From assembly GCA_964618725.1 (NCBI GenBank), contig CAZUBK010000002.1, positions 209,543 through 273,542 on the forward strand: a DNA stretch of 64,000 bases, read 5' to 3'. Shown here in pieces: positions 41,376 through 50,800 of this stretch (position 1 is the stretch's first letter; each line of letters starts with the position of its first letter). Position numbers and translations under genes: made by a program. The notes beneath the pieces were generated by a model. The model did not search any database, had not been told where the DNA came from, and saw only the letters and a program-made list of their open reading frames with translations. The stretch comes from an uncultured Pseudomonadales bacterium. Its GTDB lineage: Bacteria; Patescibacteriota; Microgenomatia; UBA1400; Chazhemtobacteraceae.

Positions 41376-41528
41376 TCAGGCTTGATGACCAAACTTGATT
41401 TTGTTTCTAGCAACTTTTTCTTTAATCGCTGTTAGTAGGTATTCCGTTTGAGTAATGTTAAGTTTTTCTATGATTCCGGGAATTTCTTTAGCTGTTTTAT
41501 TTGGTATGGAGAAATATATTTTAGGCAT
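41376..41528 (-). CDS. small (50 aa) putative ribbon-helix-helix-like protein
   Basis: Manual translation gives MPKIYFSIPNKTAKEIPGIIEKLNITQTEYLLTAIKEKVARNKIKFGHQA. No clear RBS. Confidence 0.3.
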   Translation of the reverse strand: MPKIYFSIPNKTAKEIPGIIEKLNITQTEYLLTAIKEKVARNKIKFGHQA

Positions 41529-41534
41529 TTTTTG

Positions 41535-42494
41535 TTATGTAGTGGCTTTGATTTGGAGTGGGGGGAGGACTTGGCCTTCAAGTTTGAGATCAAAAGTGGG
41601 GAAAGTGTGACCTTCTTTGTCGGCGGCGATTTGGTAACTACCGTCGTCAAGGGGTTTGGCAAAAAGGAATTGACCGAGTTTGTTGCTCTTGGTGGCGCGT
41701 AGTGTCAGGCCATTTTGGAGGATCTCGACGATGGTGGAATCGAGAATCTTGTTGTCAATGGTTAAGGTCATCCCGATTATGGTATTGGGTGTGGTGGGTG
41801 GGTGAGGAATAGGGAGGTTGCTACTAAAGGTAGCGGAAGTTGAGAGTGGAAGAGGAGAAGTCGAGTGTTCTGTAGGAAGGGAGAAGACCGGTATGGGGGC
41901 AGGACGAGGAGAGGGAGGAAGTCGGGGGGGTTCCTGCTCGATATAGAGTGGGGTGGAGACGGGAGTGGCAACTTCTTTAGGGGCTGTGTGGAAAGAGGGA
42001 GATGGTGGGACGGTTTCTGGAATGATGGGAGTAGAGAGGGAGGAGAGAGGCGAAGGAACTAGAGGAGGAGAAACTAGGGTGACAGTAGAAGGCGGGGTGA
42101 CTGGTTTTGGTTCTGGAGCGACGACGGTAATCTGAGATGGGAGAGGGGTGACTAGAGAAGGGGGAGGTAGTGGTGGAGAAGAGAGTTTTGCGAATGGGGA
42201 AGTAGTTTTCTGCCAAGTGTAGACGGTGGGGGAATAGATGGAACGAAAAAAGGCAACGATCCATTGATCAAGAGGGCGGCCTTCGATGGGGAGAAAGGCA
42301 ATTGAGGCGCCGATGGTGACAGAGATGGCAATGGCAGGCCACTTGAGGAAGAAGGGGAGGCCGGAGGCGTAGAAGAGGAGACCAACGATGATACCACCGG
42401 CGAGTTGGAGGAATTGTTTGAGGGTCATGTCACCGACGAGACGGAATTGGTACTGGGTGACGTTTTGGGGGATGGGGTGTTGTTGAACGGGCAT
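41535..42494 (-). CDS. PrgI/VirB3-like membrane protein with Pro-rich extracellular extension
   Basis: N-terminal LKQFLQLAGGIIVGLLFYASGLPFF...AISVTIGASIAFLPIEGRPLDQW (two TM). Sits upstream of VirB4, as PrgI/VirB3 does in Gram-positive T4SS. Long P/S/T-rich C-terminus. Confidence 0.45.
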   Translation of the reverse strand: MPVQQHPIPQNVTQYQFRLVGDMTLKQFLQLAGGIIVGLLFYASGLPFFLKWPAIAISVTIGASIAFLPIEGRPLDQWIVAFFRSIYSPTVYTWQKTTSPFAKLSSPPLPPPSLVTPLPSQITVVAPEPKPVTPPSTVTLVSPPLVPSPLSSLSTPIIPETVPPSPSFHTAPKEVATPVSTPLYIEQEPPRLPPSPRPAPIPVFSLPTEHSTSPLPLSTSATFSSNLPIPHPPTTPNTIIGMTLTIDNKILDSTIVEILQNGLTLRATKSNKLGQFLFAKPLDDGSYQIAADKEGHTFPTFDLKLEGQVLPPLQIKATT

Positions 42495-42556
42495 GTTTAG
42501 AAGAATAGGGACAATTAAAAAGCTAACTTAAAGTATACCAAGGATGAGAGTCTGAC

Positions 42557-43009
42557 TTAGTCGGTGAAGGATTTAAGAGAAGTATTTTTGAAGACGAGTT
42601 CAAAATCGGAGTCAAAGGTGACGAAATGTTTGATCTTGTGATGGCGGATGGTGAGGAGGTGATAGGCGTCACGGGGTGAGAGCTTGAATTTGTCCATAAG
42701 GAGGGGTATTTGGAGTTGGGATTTGATAGAGAAAGGGGGATTAACTATTTCGAGATATGGCAAAGAAAGGATCTTTTTTAGGTAGTTGTAAATACTTTTG
42801 TTTTGGATGTTTGTTTTTGTTTTGTGATAGTGGATTTTTCGAAGGGAATGCAAGAATTCATCAAGGCATAATGGTGATATACATAAAATCAAGTTTTGTG
42901 AAGCAAGTTTTGTAATGAGGGAAATGCTTTTTTGGTGGTTGAGAGAGTCTTCCTGAAGAAAGCTAACGAGAACGTTTGTATCAAGATAGCAGCTATTGAT
43001 AGATTTCAT
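42557..43009 (-). CDS. vapC: PIN-domain toxin VapC
   Basis: YLDTNVLV N-terminal acidic motif and FVTFDSDF C-terminal motif. Start ATG overlaps vapB by 17 nt. Confidence 0.7.
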   Translation of the reverse strand: MKSINSCYLDTNVLVSFLQEDSLNHQKSISLITKLASQNLILCISPLCLDEFLHSLRKIHYHKTKTNIQNKSIYNYLKKILSLPYLEIVNPPFSIKSQLQIPLLMDKFKLSPRDAYHLLTIRHHKIKHFVTFDSDFELVFKNTSLKSFTD

Positions 43010-43256
43010 ATGATTTATCAATAATCTGGTTAATTTCTTCTGGAGTGAAGTCTCTTCCACCTTTGAAGCCACCGGCGAGGCGTTTGACTAGTTCTTCAGG
43101 AGTTTCTTTGGATATCTTAGGTTCCTGAACGTGAAGAATTATTTGAGACCGTTTTGGTTCGAAGGTAAGTTTACTACCTAGGGGAATATTGAGATCCTTG
43201 GGGAGAATGGTGGCAGTACTTTTGTTTAGTTGGAAGACGGTTGAGGCAAAAGACAT
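42993..43256 (-). CDS. vapB: AbrB/MazE-type antitoxin VapB
   Basis: FQLNKSTATILPKDL SpoVT/AbrB-like N-terminus. 87 aa. Immediately upstream of the PIN toxin. Confidence 0.65.
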   Translation of the reverse strand: MSFASTVFQLNKSTATILPKDLNIPLGSKLTFEPKRSQIILHVQEPKISKETPEELVKRLAGGFKGGRDFTPEEINQIIDKSYEIYQ

Positions 43257-43479
43257 ATCTGTTTTTTGATTGGTATATACATTATGTTATCACTGGTATA
43301 TACAAGATGTCAAGTTGGTGGGGAAATTGATTTTGTCTAGCCTGGAGGGGTATGGGGTGTTAAAATGGAGGGATTAAATATACCAACCTAAGGAGAAATG
43401 ATGCTTGAGATGGCTGGTATATGTTTAACTTTGATTTTTGATATAAATTTGAATTAGTTAAATATAGTAAGCTTGCCCT

Positions 43480-46065
43480 ATGGATGAATCAATGAAAGAA
43501 AGAGCTGAGAGAATGGCTGAAAAACCGGAGGACAAAAAGTTTGAGCCCGATTTTGATAGGGCAGGAAAGATTTTGAAAGAAGATGTTGAGAAAGTTCATA
43601 GATTTGTAAGGAAAGCTGGCGATCATATAGTGTATGACGCTGATGGCAATGTGGTTCTTGATGAAAGGAAAGTTAAGGACTTGAGTAAATTGCAGGAACA
43701 AATTGATAAGTTGGTCAAAGTTATGGGAAAGGATCCTGTAACTGATGATGATCAGTTCGAGATTGACTCTAATGCACGAATTGACCAGATAGAGATGAAC
43801 GTTTTGAGACACCTACTTCCTAGAACAAGGTTGATAAAAGTTGCTAATTTGCAGAATAATCCTACTGGTGCAGAAGGAGAACAGGAAGAACTGAGGAGAT
43901 TGAGGGGAGAAGCTCATGTTTTGTTTTTGGAATTTGTGAGAGAGCAGGTGGAAAGAGATAAATATTATCAAGATTTGGTTGCTGGGGATTGGGTTAAGGG
44001 GATTAATGTACCAGAATATAATCAGACAGGAGAGGCTGTTGTGGAACCTGCAACCGCATCGATGTACGCCGCCGCCAGAGGTACCAGAGATTATGTTGGT
44101 CGTCAGGAACCGCCTGCTGGAGGGGGGGGTGGGGAACCACCGAGAGGAGGAGAGGAACCACCAGAGCCGCCACGAGGGAGGGGGGGGCCGCCGCGGGATG
44201 GAGGAACACCAACACCTGAAGAAGGCGAACGGAAGAAAGATCTTGTTTGGGGAGAGAGGGAATGTCCGAATTGTGGAAATGTTGTGACTGCTTTTTCTTC
44301 GAGGTGTTTCTTTTGTAATCGAGATGTAGAAGATGATATAGAAGAAATGAAGAAGGTTAAAAGCCCAAAAGATGCATTTACCTTTAAACAAATTTTTGGC
44401 AGAACAAGGATGGGCAGATATTCGAATGATATTGTAGAAATTGATGGAGAACTCTGTTCTATGTCTTCTTTGGCGATGGAGGTGGAGAATCTTTTGAATT
44501 ATGGATCTAACCCAACTTTTGTGGAAGACAGGATGAGAGATATTTACAAAAAGGCAGATCGTCTGAGAATATTAAATCCTTTGGACAAAAAGGACTATCT
44601 ACTAACTATTAGTAAGATTTGGGAAGCTTCGAAATTAATGAAGTTGGATGAGCAAGGAAAAGCTTCTAGGAGTGAGGCCAGACCTGAAACAGAAGAGGGA
44701 GAGAAAAAAGACAAGAAGTCAGAAGTGACAGAGCTGTCTTCAAATAAAGAGGAGTTGTTCTTGAGAGTGAGAGAAATAGTAAGGGAAGAGTTAAAGAAGA
44801 GGCCCGGTAATGTTGTGGATGTGGCTACCCTACTCAGTCCGTTCGGATTGGCGCTTGGATTACAGCAATATCGGATACCAGAAGGGATGACCGGCTATGT
44901 GGAAGTGAAAGATGCGATAGAAAGGGAAATTGAACTTAGAGTAAGACTTCATAATGCGATGTTGGCAAAAAGTGGTGCTGGTTTGTCGGGAAGGGCTGAT
45001 TCATGGAAAGCAATGAGAGATACGGAGAGATGGAAGAAGACTACCCTGAGAGCTGATGAAACAGGAGATGACTATTTGACAATAGCGACTTTGGAGTCAG
45101 CGGGAGGATTTTCGGTTGGGCTTATGGATAGATCAATACAGTGGTTATATTCGCAGATGGGTGAAGGTAGTCCTTACATAAAATTAGGTGAAAAGGGGGA
45201 GAGGGAAGTACAGATGAAGGAAATAAAAAGAGCAATGCTTTCTGCTTTGGGAGGCGATGAAGTGAAAAATGATGCTTTGGAGTTGGCTTGGCAATTCTGG
45301 GAGATTCATGAAGGATTTTCTCGAGCGGATACTAATAACCCACTTAATCCGCTGGTTCAATTTAAAGAGAGATCTAGATATATGATATTACCCCGTTTCT
45401 TGAAAGATAAAGGGCGCATGGGTTTTGTGACTAATCCTAAGGGTGATGATATTCAAGCGCTTGGGAAAGATGGCTTTGCAATGATTTCTACTGGAGGTGT
45501 GCCGACTCACACCTTGTTGGAAAGTGGTCAATTGTTTGCATCGATTGCTAACTATGGAGTGAATGGTTCGTCTTATGAAAAGATGGTTTCTGGTGTGATT
45601 GCTGGCAGAGAGGTCTATGATTTGTTCAACAAGATGCCGGCGGTAGCTGCTGGTGAACTAATGAAAGAAAGTTTTTGGATTGATGTTAATCCTAAATTTG
45701 GGGCGTTGTTAAAGGCAGGAATAATGAGTAAAGAAGAGCTTGAGACAACAAAGCGGTTGTATTTTAAGTCTTTGTTATGGATGCGTTCCCCAAGAAATGA
45801 AGTGGCAAAACAAGGAAGGGATTACCATTCCCCAGAAGAGATTAGGAGAGCATATCATGCGGCTATTCGGTTGGGTTATCTGAGTCAGGAAAGTGATATC
45901 AGAGAACTTAGGGACTTTGCGAAATCAATCTGGGAGATGATAATCCCGGTGTACGGCGTATCTGAGAGTGAAGCTCAACGGACTATTGCTAGTAGAGAAG
46001 GAGGGCTATCTTGGAGATTGTTTGGGAAAAGAGGTTTTGATTACGAGGGGCCAAGTGCCCAGTAG
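43480..46065 (+). CDS. large cytoplasmic hypothetical protein with zinc-ribbon (CPNCG...CFFCN) and Gly/Pro-rich segment
   Basis: 861 aa, no TM. Cys4 ribbon. Two G8 homopolymer tracts lie in the coding region. Confidence 0.6.
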   Translation: MDESMKERAERMAEKPEDKKFEPDFDRAGKILKEDVEKVHRFVRKAGDHIVYDADGNVVLDERKVKDLSKLQEQIDKLVKVMGKDPVTDDDQFEIDSNARIDQIEMNVLRHLLPRTRLIKVANLQNNPTGAEGEQEELRRLRGEAHVLFLEFVREQVERDKYYQDLVAGDWVKGINVPEYNQTGEAVVEPATASMYAAARGTRDYVGRQEPPAGGGGGEPPRGGEEPPEPPRGRGGPPRDGGTPTPEEGERKKDLVWGERECPNCGNVVTAFSSRCFFCNRDVEDDIEEMKKVKSPKDAFTFKQIFGRTRMGRYSNDIVEIDGELCSMSSLAMEVENLLNYGSNPTFVEDRMRDIYKKADRLRILNPLDKKDYLLTISKIWEASKLMKLDEQGKASRSEARPETEEGEKKDKKSEVTELSSNKEELFLRVREIVREELKKRPGNVVDVATLLSPFGLALGLQQYRIPEGMTGYVEVKDAIEREIELRVRLHNAMLAKSGAGLSGRADSWKAMRDTERWKKTTLRADETGDDYLTIATLESAGGFSVGLMDRSIQWLYSQMGEGSPYIKLGEKGEREVQMKEIKRAMLSALGGDEVKNDALELAWQFWEIHEGFSRADTNNPLNPLVQFKERSRYMILPRFLKDKGRMGFVTNPKGDDIQALGKDGFAMISTGGVPTHTLLESGQLFASIANYGVNGSSYEKMVSGVIAGREVYDLFNKMPAVAAGELMKESFWIDVNPKFGALLKAGIMSKEELETTKRLYFKSLLWMRSPRNEVAKQGRDYHSPEEIRRAYHAAIRLGYLSQESDIRELRDFAKSIWEMIIPVYGVSESEAQRTIASREGGLSWRLFGKRGFDYEGPSAQ
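44122..44129. repeat. G8 homopolymer tract inside 861-aa gene
   Basis: gggggggg directly visible. A second G8 at 44180-44187. Confidence 0.8.
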
Positions 46066-46103
46066 GGGAATCTGGTCTGTGTAATTATCTACTTTGTTTT
46101 GTA

Positions 46104-47807
46104 TTATTTTTTCCCTAAAAGACCAGCAGCAGCATCAACCGCTTTTTGTCCCGCGGCGCCATACTTTTGTGCTCCAGAGACAAAGCCGCCTAAGGGACCA
46201 CCAGCACTATCGCGAACAGCTCTTCGGCCGAGAGGTTCAGCAATATGCGTGGATGCCCATCTTTCACCACGGTAGCCTTGATTAAGGGCTTCTCCAATCG
46301 CACTACCATATTTGAAGGCAGGGACCTTTAGGGCGTCTCTGATCATATCTGCGACCTTGGGGGTAAGGAAAATAAGAGCGTAAGCCAGAAGGGAACCGAC
46401 GCCGACGGCAGAGTTGCTACCAAGTGGCCAACCTTCGGTTGAACCAGCGAAATAGGGGGGAACCCACATGTCTTCGTTGTTAATCGGAGAAGAAATGCCC
46501 ATGAAGGAGATGGCAAGCATAAACATTATGGTGATACTGGGAAAAACAGAAATATGGGCAGCAAGGTTTCTGATCCAACCAGAAAAAGATTGACTGCCAG
46601 GAAGGACATTGCCAAGAAGAATTATTGGGGAAAAGATAATACTGATGACAACAGCAGCGTAGGCTTGGATGGCCATGAAGGCAATTTTCAAAAGAACAAA
46701 GAAAAAGGCAATAATAAGAATGAGCTTAATGATGGCACCAATCGGAGTGACGGTAAACATAGCGCCATAGAGGATTGTGGGGAGACCTGTGAGAAGTGAC
46801 GCAATTGAGGAGACTCCGGCGGTAAAAAGAATCTCATAAAGGATTTGAAAACCAAGAAAGGCTCCGCCGAAAGGGGTTTGTCCGGTGATGACCTTAACTG
46901 CATAATCAGTTCCTGACTGGGTACTTAGATCTAGGGGGATATTGAGTCGGGAGAGAACTGGTTGAATTGAATCAGCGAAGGGAATCTGCATGCTAATGTC
47001 AATAATTTGGGCGCCTTGAAGAATACTGACGATGAAAGCGGGGAGGAGGAGAGAGAGGTCGATAATGAACCCAGCGATAGCATAAGAGAAAGTGATGGCG
47101 AGGAGAGTGACAACAAGTTTGGGAATGGCTAACTCAAAGTTAATAACAGTTTGGGCGTTGATTTTGGTACGAAACATTAACATAAAACCGTACAAGACGA
47201 AAATGAGAATGAACATTGTGTAGGCGATGTTACGCATGCCACTCCACGCAGGCAGAATAGGGAGAAGCTTATTAAAACCAAGACCGGCACCCGTGGCTTG
47301 AGCATAGGCGGGTTTAACTAAACGATGTTTCTCTAGGTTGTTGTTGATATGGGCAAGATAGCTGACTCCTGAGGCGGGGGGAGAAGTGATGACGGAAGTG
47401 AGCATTCGTGTTAAAGAAGGGATGGCTGAGGCATCGGCAACTCCGAGCGAAAAGGTGTCAGCAGGATTTTCGGGGATAAATTTGGTCATGAAGTCTAAAA
47501 GAACAATATCTGAAAAACCACGGAAGGCTCCTCGTTGGGTCAGACCATCTGATTGAGAGAAAGTATCAAGGGTGAAGGTATCGAAAATTGCTTGTAAGAC
47601 TGTCTTGTCTGGACATTTTCCTGAATACCAGGTTTCAAGATTCATAACATCCCCAGAACGGGAGTTGCAATAATCTTGGATATCACTAAAGGTATTAACA
47701 ACATCGGCAGCAGCTCCGGCTGGGCCTATGGCTGCAAAAGTGGGCTTGGAGGAAGAGATGAAAAGAAAAGTAGTAAAGACGAGAGTATAGAAAAGACGGC
47801 GGAGCAT
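46104..47807 (-). CDS. VirB6/TrbL-like polytopic membrane protein (candidate T4SS channel component)
   Basis: Signal peptide, ~170-aa extracytoplasmic N-domain, then 6 or more TM helices. Context next to other T4SS-like genes. Homology not verified. Confidence 0.5.
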   Translation of the reverse strand: MLRRLFYTLVFTTFLFISSSKPTFAAIGPAGAAADVVNTFSDIQDYCNSRSGDVMNLETWYSGKCPDKTVLQAIFDTFTLDTFSQSDGLTQRGAFRGFSDIVLLDFMTKFIPENPADTFSLGVADASAIPSLTRMLTSVITSPPASGVSYLAHINNNLEKHRLVKPAYAQATGAGLGFNKLLPILPAWSGMRNIAYTMFILIFVLYGFMLMFRTKINAQTVINFELAIPKLVVTLLAITFSYAIAGFIIDLSLLLPAFIVSILQGAQIIDISMQIPFADSIQPVLSRLNIPLDLSTQSGTDYAVKVITGQTPFGGAFLGFQILYEILFTAGVSSIASLLTGLPTILYGAMFTVTPIGAIIKLILIIAFFFVLLKIAFMAIQAYAAVVISIIFSPIILLGNVLPGSQSFSGWIRNLAAHISVFPSITIMFMLAISFMGISSPINNEDMWVPPYFAGSTEGWPLGSNSAVGVGSLLAYALIFLTPKVADMIRDALKVPAFKYGSAIGEALNQGYRGERWASTHIAEPLGRRAVRDSAGGPLGGFVSGAQKYGAAGQKAVDAAAGLLGKK

Positions 47808-47844
47808 GGTTTGATTATATCAAGATATTGGGGACATGAAGAGT

Positions 47845-50800
47845 TTAATTGCTCCAATCTATGGAGGGAAGTATTTTGGAGTAGTCGAGACCTTCATTGT
47901 TTACCTGGGTTGCCTTGTAGGCAGCATTGATTTGAGCAGGCCAATTGAAGGTGCCGGGTTGACTGTCGGTATAGGTACAGGAAAAGTCGTATTGAGGTGG
48001 CTCTCGGCGACAGGCGGCGTCGCCACAAGCAAAAATCTGAAAAAATTCGAGGATGCTGGCGCGGTCAGTGGGGGAATCGAGAGCACGACAATCGAGGTGG
48101 TTACTTTGGGTGGAGTAGGCGTATTGAAGAGAAGTAAAGCATTCAAGTTGAGCGGTTAGATTATTGTTGATTCCGCCGCCACAACCGAGGTCGTCAACGG
48201 GGTTGAACTTGGCATAGTTACTGGCCCCTGACTCTTCAATCCAGGTAGCCATGGTCATAGCCGGATCCATCCCTTTGACTTTGGCGATGCTGATGACGTA
48301 GTTGTAGCAACGACGGATGTTTTCCTCACTGGTAATGGCATTGGGAGCTTTGGGGTTCCAGACGGTTCCCCCAAGGGCAGTAATAAGGGCATCTACTGGT
48401 TTGACATTATGACCGGAAGGTTCGGGGACGCCGTCACAGAAAGCAAGAGAGGTGTTGGTAGCTGAGTCGCTTGCTTCTGGTGGAATGGAGAAGTCAGGGG
48501 GTATATATGAGGCGGAGACAAAAGAACCGAGATCTTCACAGTCTTCTGACTTGCCAGTTTGAAGGCCAGTGGGAATGAGCCAGAAGTTTCTGAGACGACA
48601 GAGGTCGGATTCGGCACGGCCGCCGAGACGTCTAACGGGAGCAGTGCTTTTATCGGTGATGCCCGCGGTGGCACGGTGTTTGAGATATTCGTCGCCGGTA
48701 ATTTCGGCGGAGAAGTAGGCGGAGGCTTGACCGAGCATGTAGGGGGTGTCGGGTTGGTCCATTGGTTCATAAGTAGCACCGGGGATGAGGCGAGAGGGAT
48801 ACTCAGGGTCTACACTTAATTTGCTGGGGAGCATTTGCGAATACAACGAAAGATTGGTACCGTCTTCGAGGGGTTCGGAGATGAGGCGATTAAGATCAGT
48901 TATTTTGGGATTATTAAAGACGGCGATAGTACGGCCGAAATTGCGGAAAAGTAGACCGCTACTGGCTTCGCCGACGGACTCGGCTTGCATGGTAGTTTTA
49001 TATCCCGAAGTATAGTAGAGGACTGCTCCGGTGAGGGGATTTTTGACGGGGCAACTTTGATCTTCTTTGATTTCTTCGGTTTTGACGGGGACGAGGAGAG
49101 ATTGATCGAGGACGTCGGGGAATTCGTCACCGGGGAGTTTGTCATATTTACGGGTGGGGAGCTTGAGAGGAAAAGTTGGAGGAGAGGAGAGGCTCATGTT
49201 TTTCTCGTCATCTAGATCGCGGCAGAGGTTGTCATAGGCCCAAATATCGACAGTTCGATCAGCGAGGGGGACAAAGACCTGGTCGGATTCAGTATTGAAG
49301 TCAAGGGTGCCATCTTGTTTGTAGGTGATACTGTAGTTATCGGCGGTGTAGAGCTTTTTCTCTCTTTCAGCCAGAAGCCAACTGGGAGAAATGGTATTTA
49401 AGATGCCGCCGACGGGATCACCAATGATGTCACGAAGGGCTTGGATGTATGGCAGGTTTTCGTTGAGGATGCCGACGGTGGTGGCAAAAGTGGTGGGATC
49501 AACGTAACGCAGGGCTAAGTAGCCGCGGACGTTGTCGAAGACAAAAGGCTGAAAGGCATCATACATAGCGCGAGTTTCTGGGTTGAGTTTGGCATATCTT
49601 TCGGCAGCGCTATTACAGACAGGGAATTTAGTTAGACACTTAGGGAGGGAATTGATTAGTTCACTGATGGTAAAGGTGGAGACGACAGGAGGGATGAGGC
49701 TTTCGTCGGTGGAGGTTACAGAACAATCGGGATTGACGATGGCGCCAGTAGAGTCAAGGATATTGACACCGTCGTAGATGAGCCATTCACCGGTGGCAGT
49801 GGGGCAGGCATTTCTAATAAGGGGGGTAATGGCGAGAGGGTGTGACGGACCGGAGGTAATAAAGGCAAGGACGGCATTGAGATCTAGGTCGCCAGTTTTT
49901 GGCTCGAGTCCGTATTCGGTGAAGACGTGAGGTTTACCAGTGGTACCAGTGATCTGTTGTTCCCAGAGCCAGGATTCGGTACCACAACGGATAGATGCAA
50001 AAGCACAGGAAGAAAGAGAATAGACGTTGTGGGCAGTGTAGTCAGCGGCTTGGTAGGCCTCCTTAGCGGTGGCGAGAAAGATGCCGGCGTCACGCTCAGG
50101 ATGAGAGGTATTCATGGGAGCGGCGGCTATTTTGAGGCCACTGAGCCCAGATTTGAAGAAGAGGAGCTGTTCTTTGTAGGTAGTACCACATTGAGCTAGG
50201 TCGCTACAGTTGTATTCTCTGAGATCATTTAGTTCATTGCCGAAGATGACAATATCGGTATTGCGAGTAAAGACGGCAGAGAGGCGAGTGGCAAAGTCTT
50301 TGAGTTGGGTGAGGTAGCCAATTTCGGTGTTTGGTTGTAGGCCGGTGATACGGATAAGGCGGACAGTAGCTTGACTGTAGAGTTGGTTGTAGCGTTGCAG
50401 GGTTCCATCATCTGAGTTGATGGCAAGTAGAAAAGTGACGGGTTTGTTGGCGGCGGCGGTGCCAAAGAAGTCAGCTGTATGACCGTAGCCAATGTTGGTG
50501 CCAGTATTGGAGGGAAGAGGCGGATTGTTGGAGTCTGTCGGGGTAGGGGTGACGCTTGGTGTGGTACCGGGTTCTGGTATATCAGCTGGATCGACAAAGG
50601 GGAAGGGAGAGTCAAAGATGGGTTCGGTGAAGGTGCGTTTGGTTTCTATGTCAACCGGACTTAAGCGATTGAAGATCTCGAGGGCACGATGGAGGAGGTT
50701 ACTGATGTCACCGGTGAGTCCACTACCGACTTTGTAGCGGTGAAACATCCAGGCTTTAGCATTCATTTGTTGTTCTTGAGTAAGGAGCCGCCAGAAAGTG

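Noticed and set aside
41448-41702. 84-aa plus-strand ORF in the VirB4N/PrgI-like intergenic region
   Set aside because: It runs antisense to the PrgI-like gene start and overlaps the more plausible 50-aa minus-strand ORF. Likely spurious.
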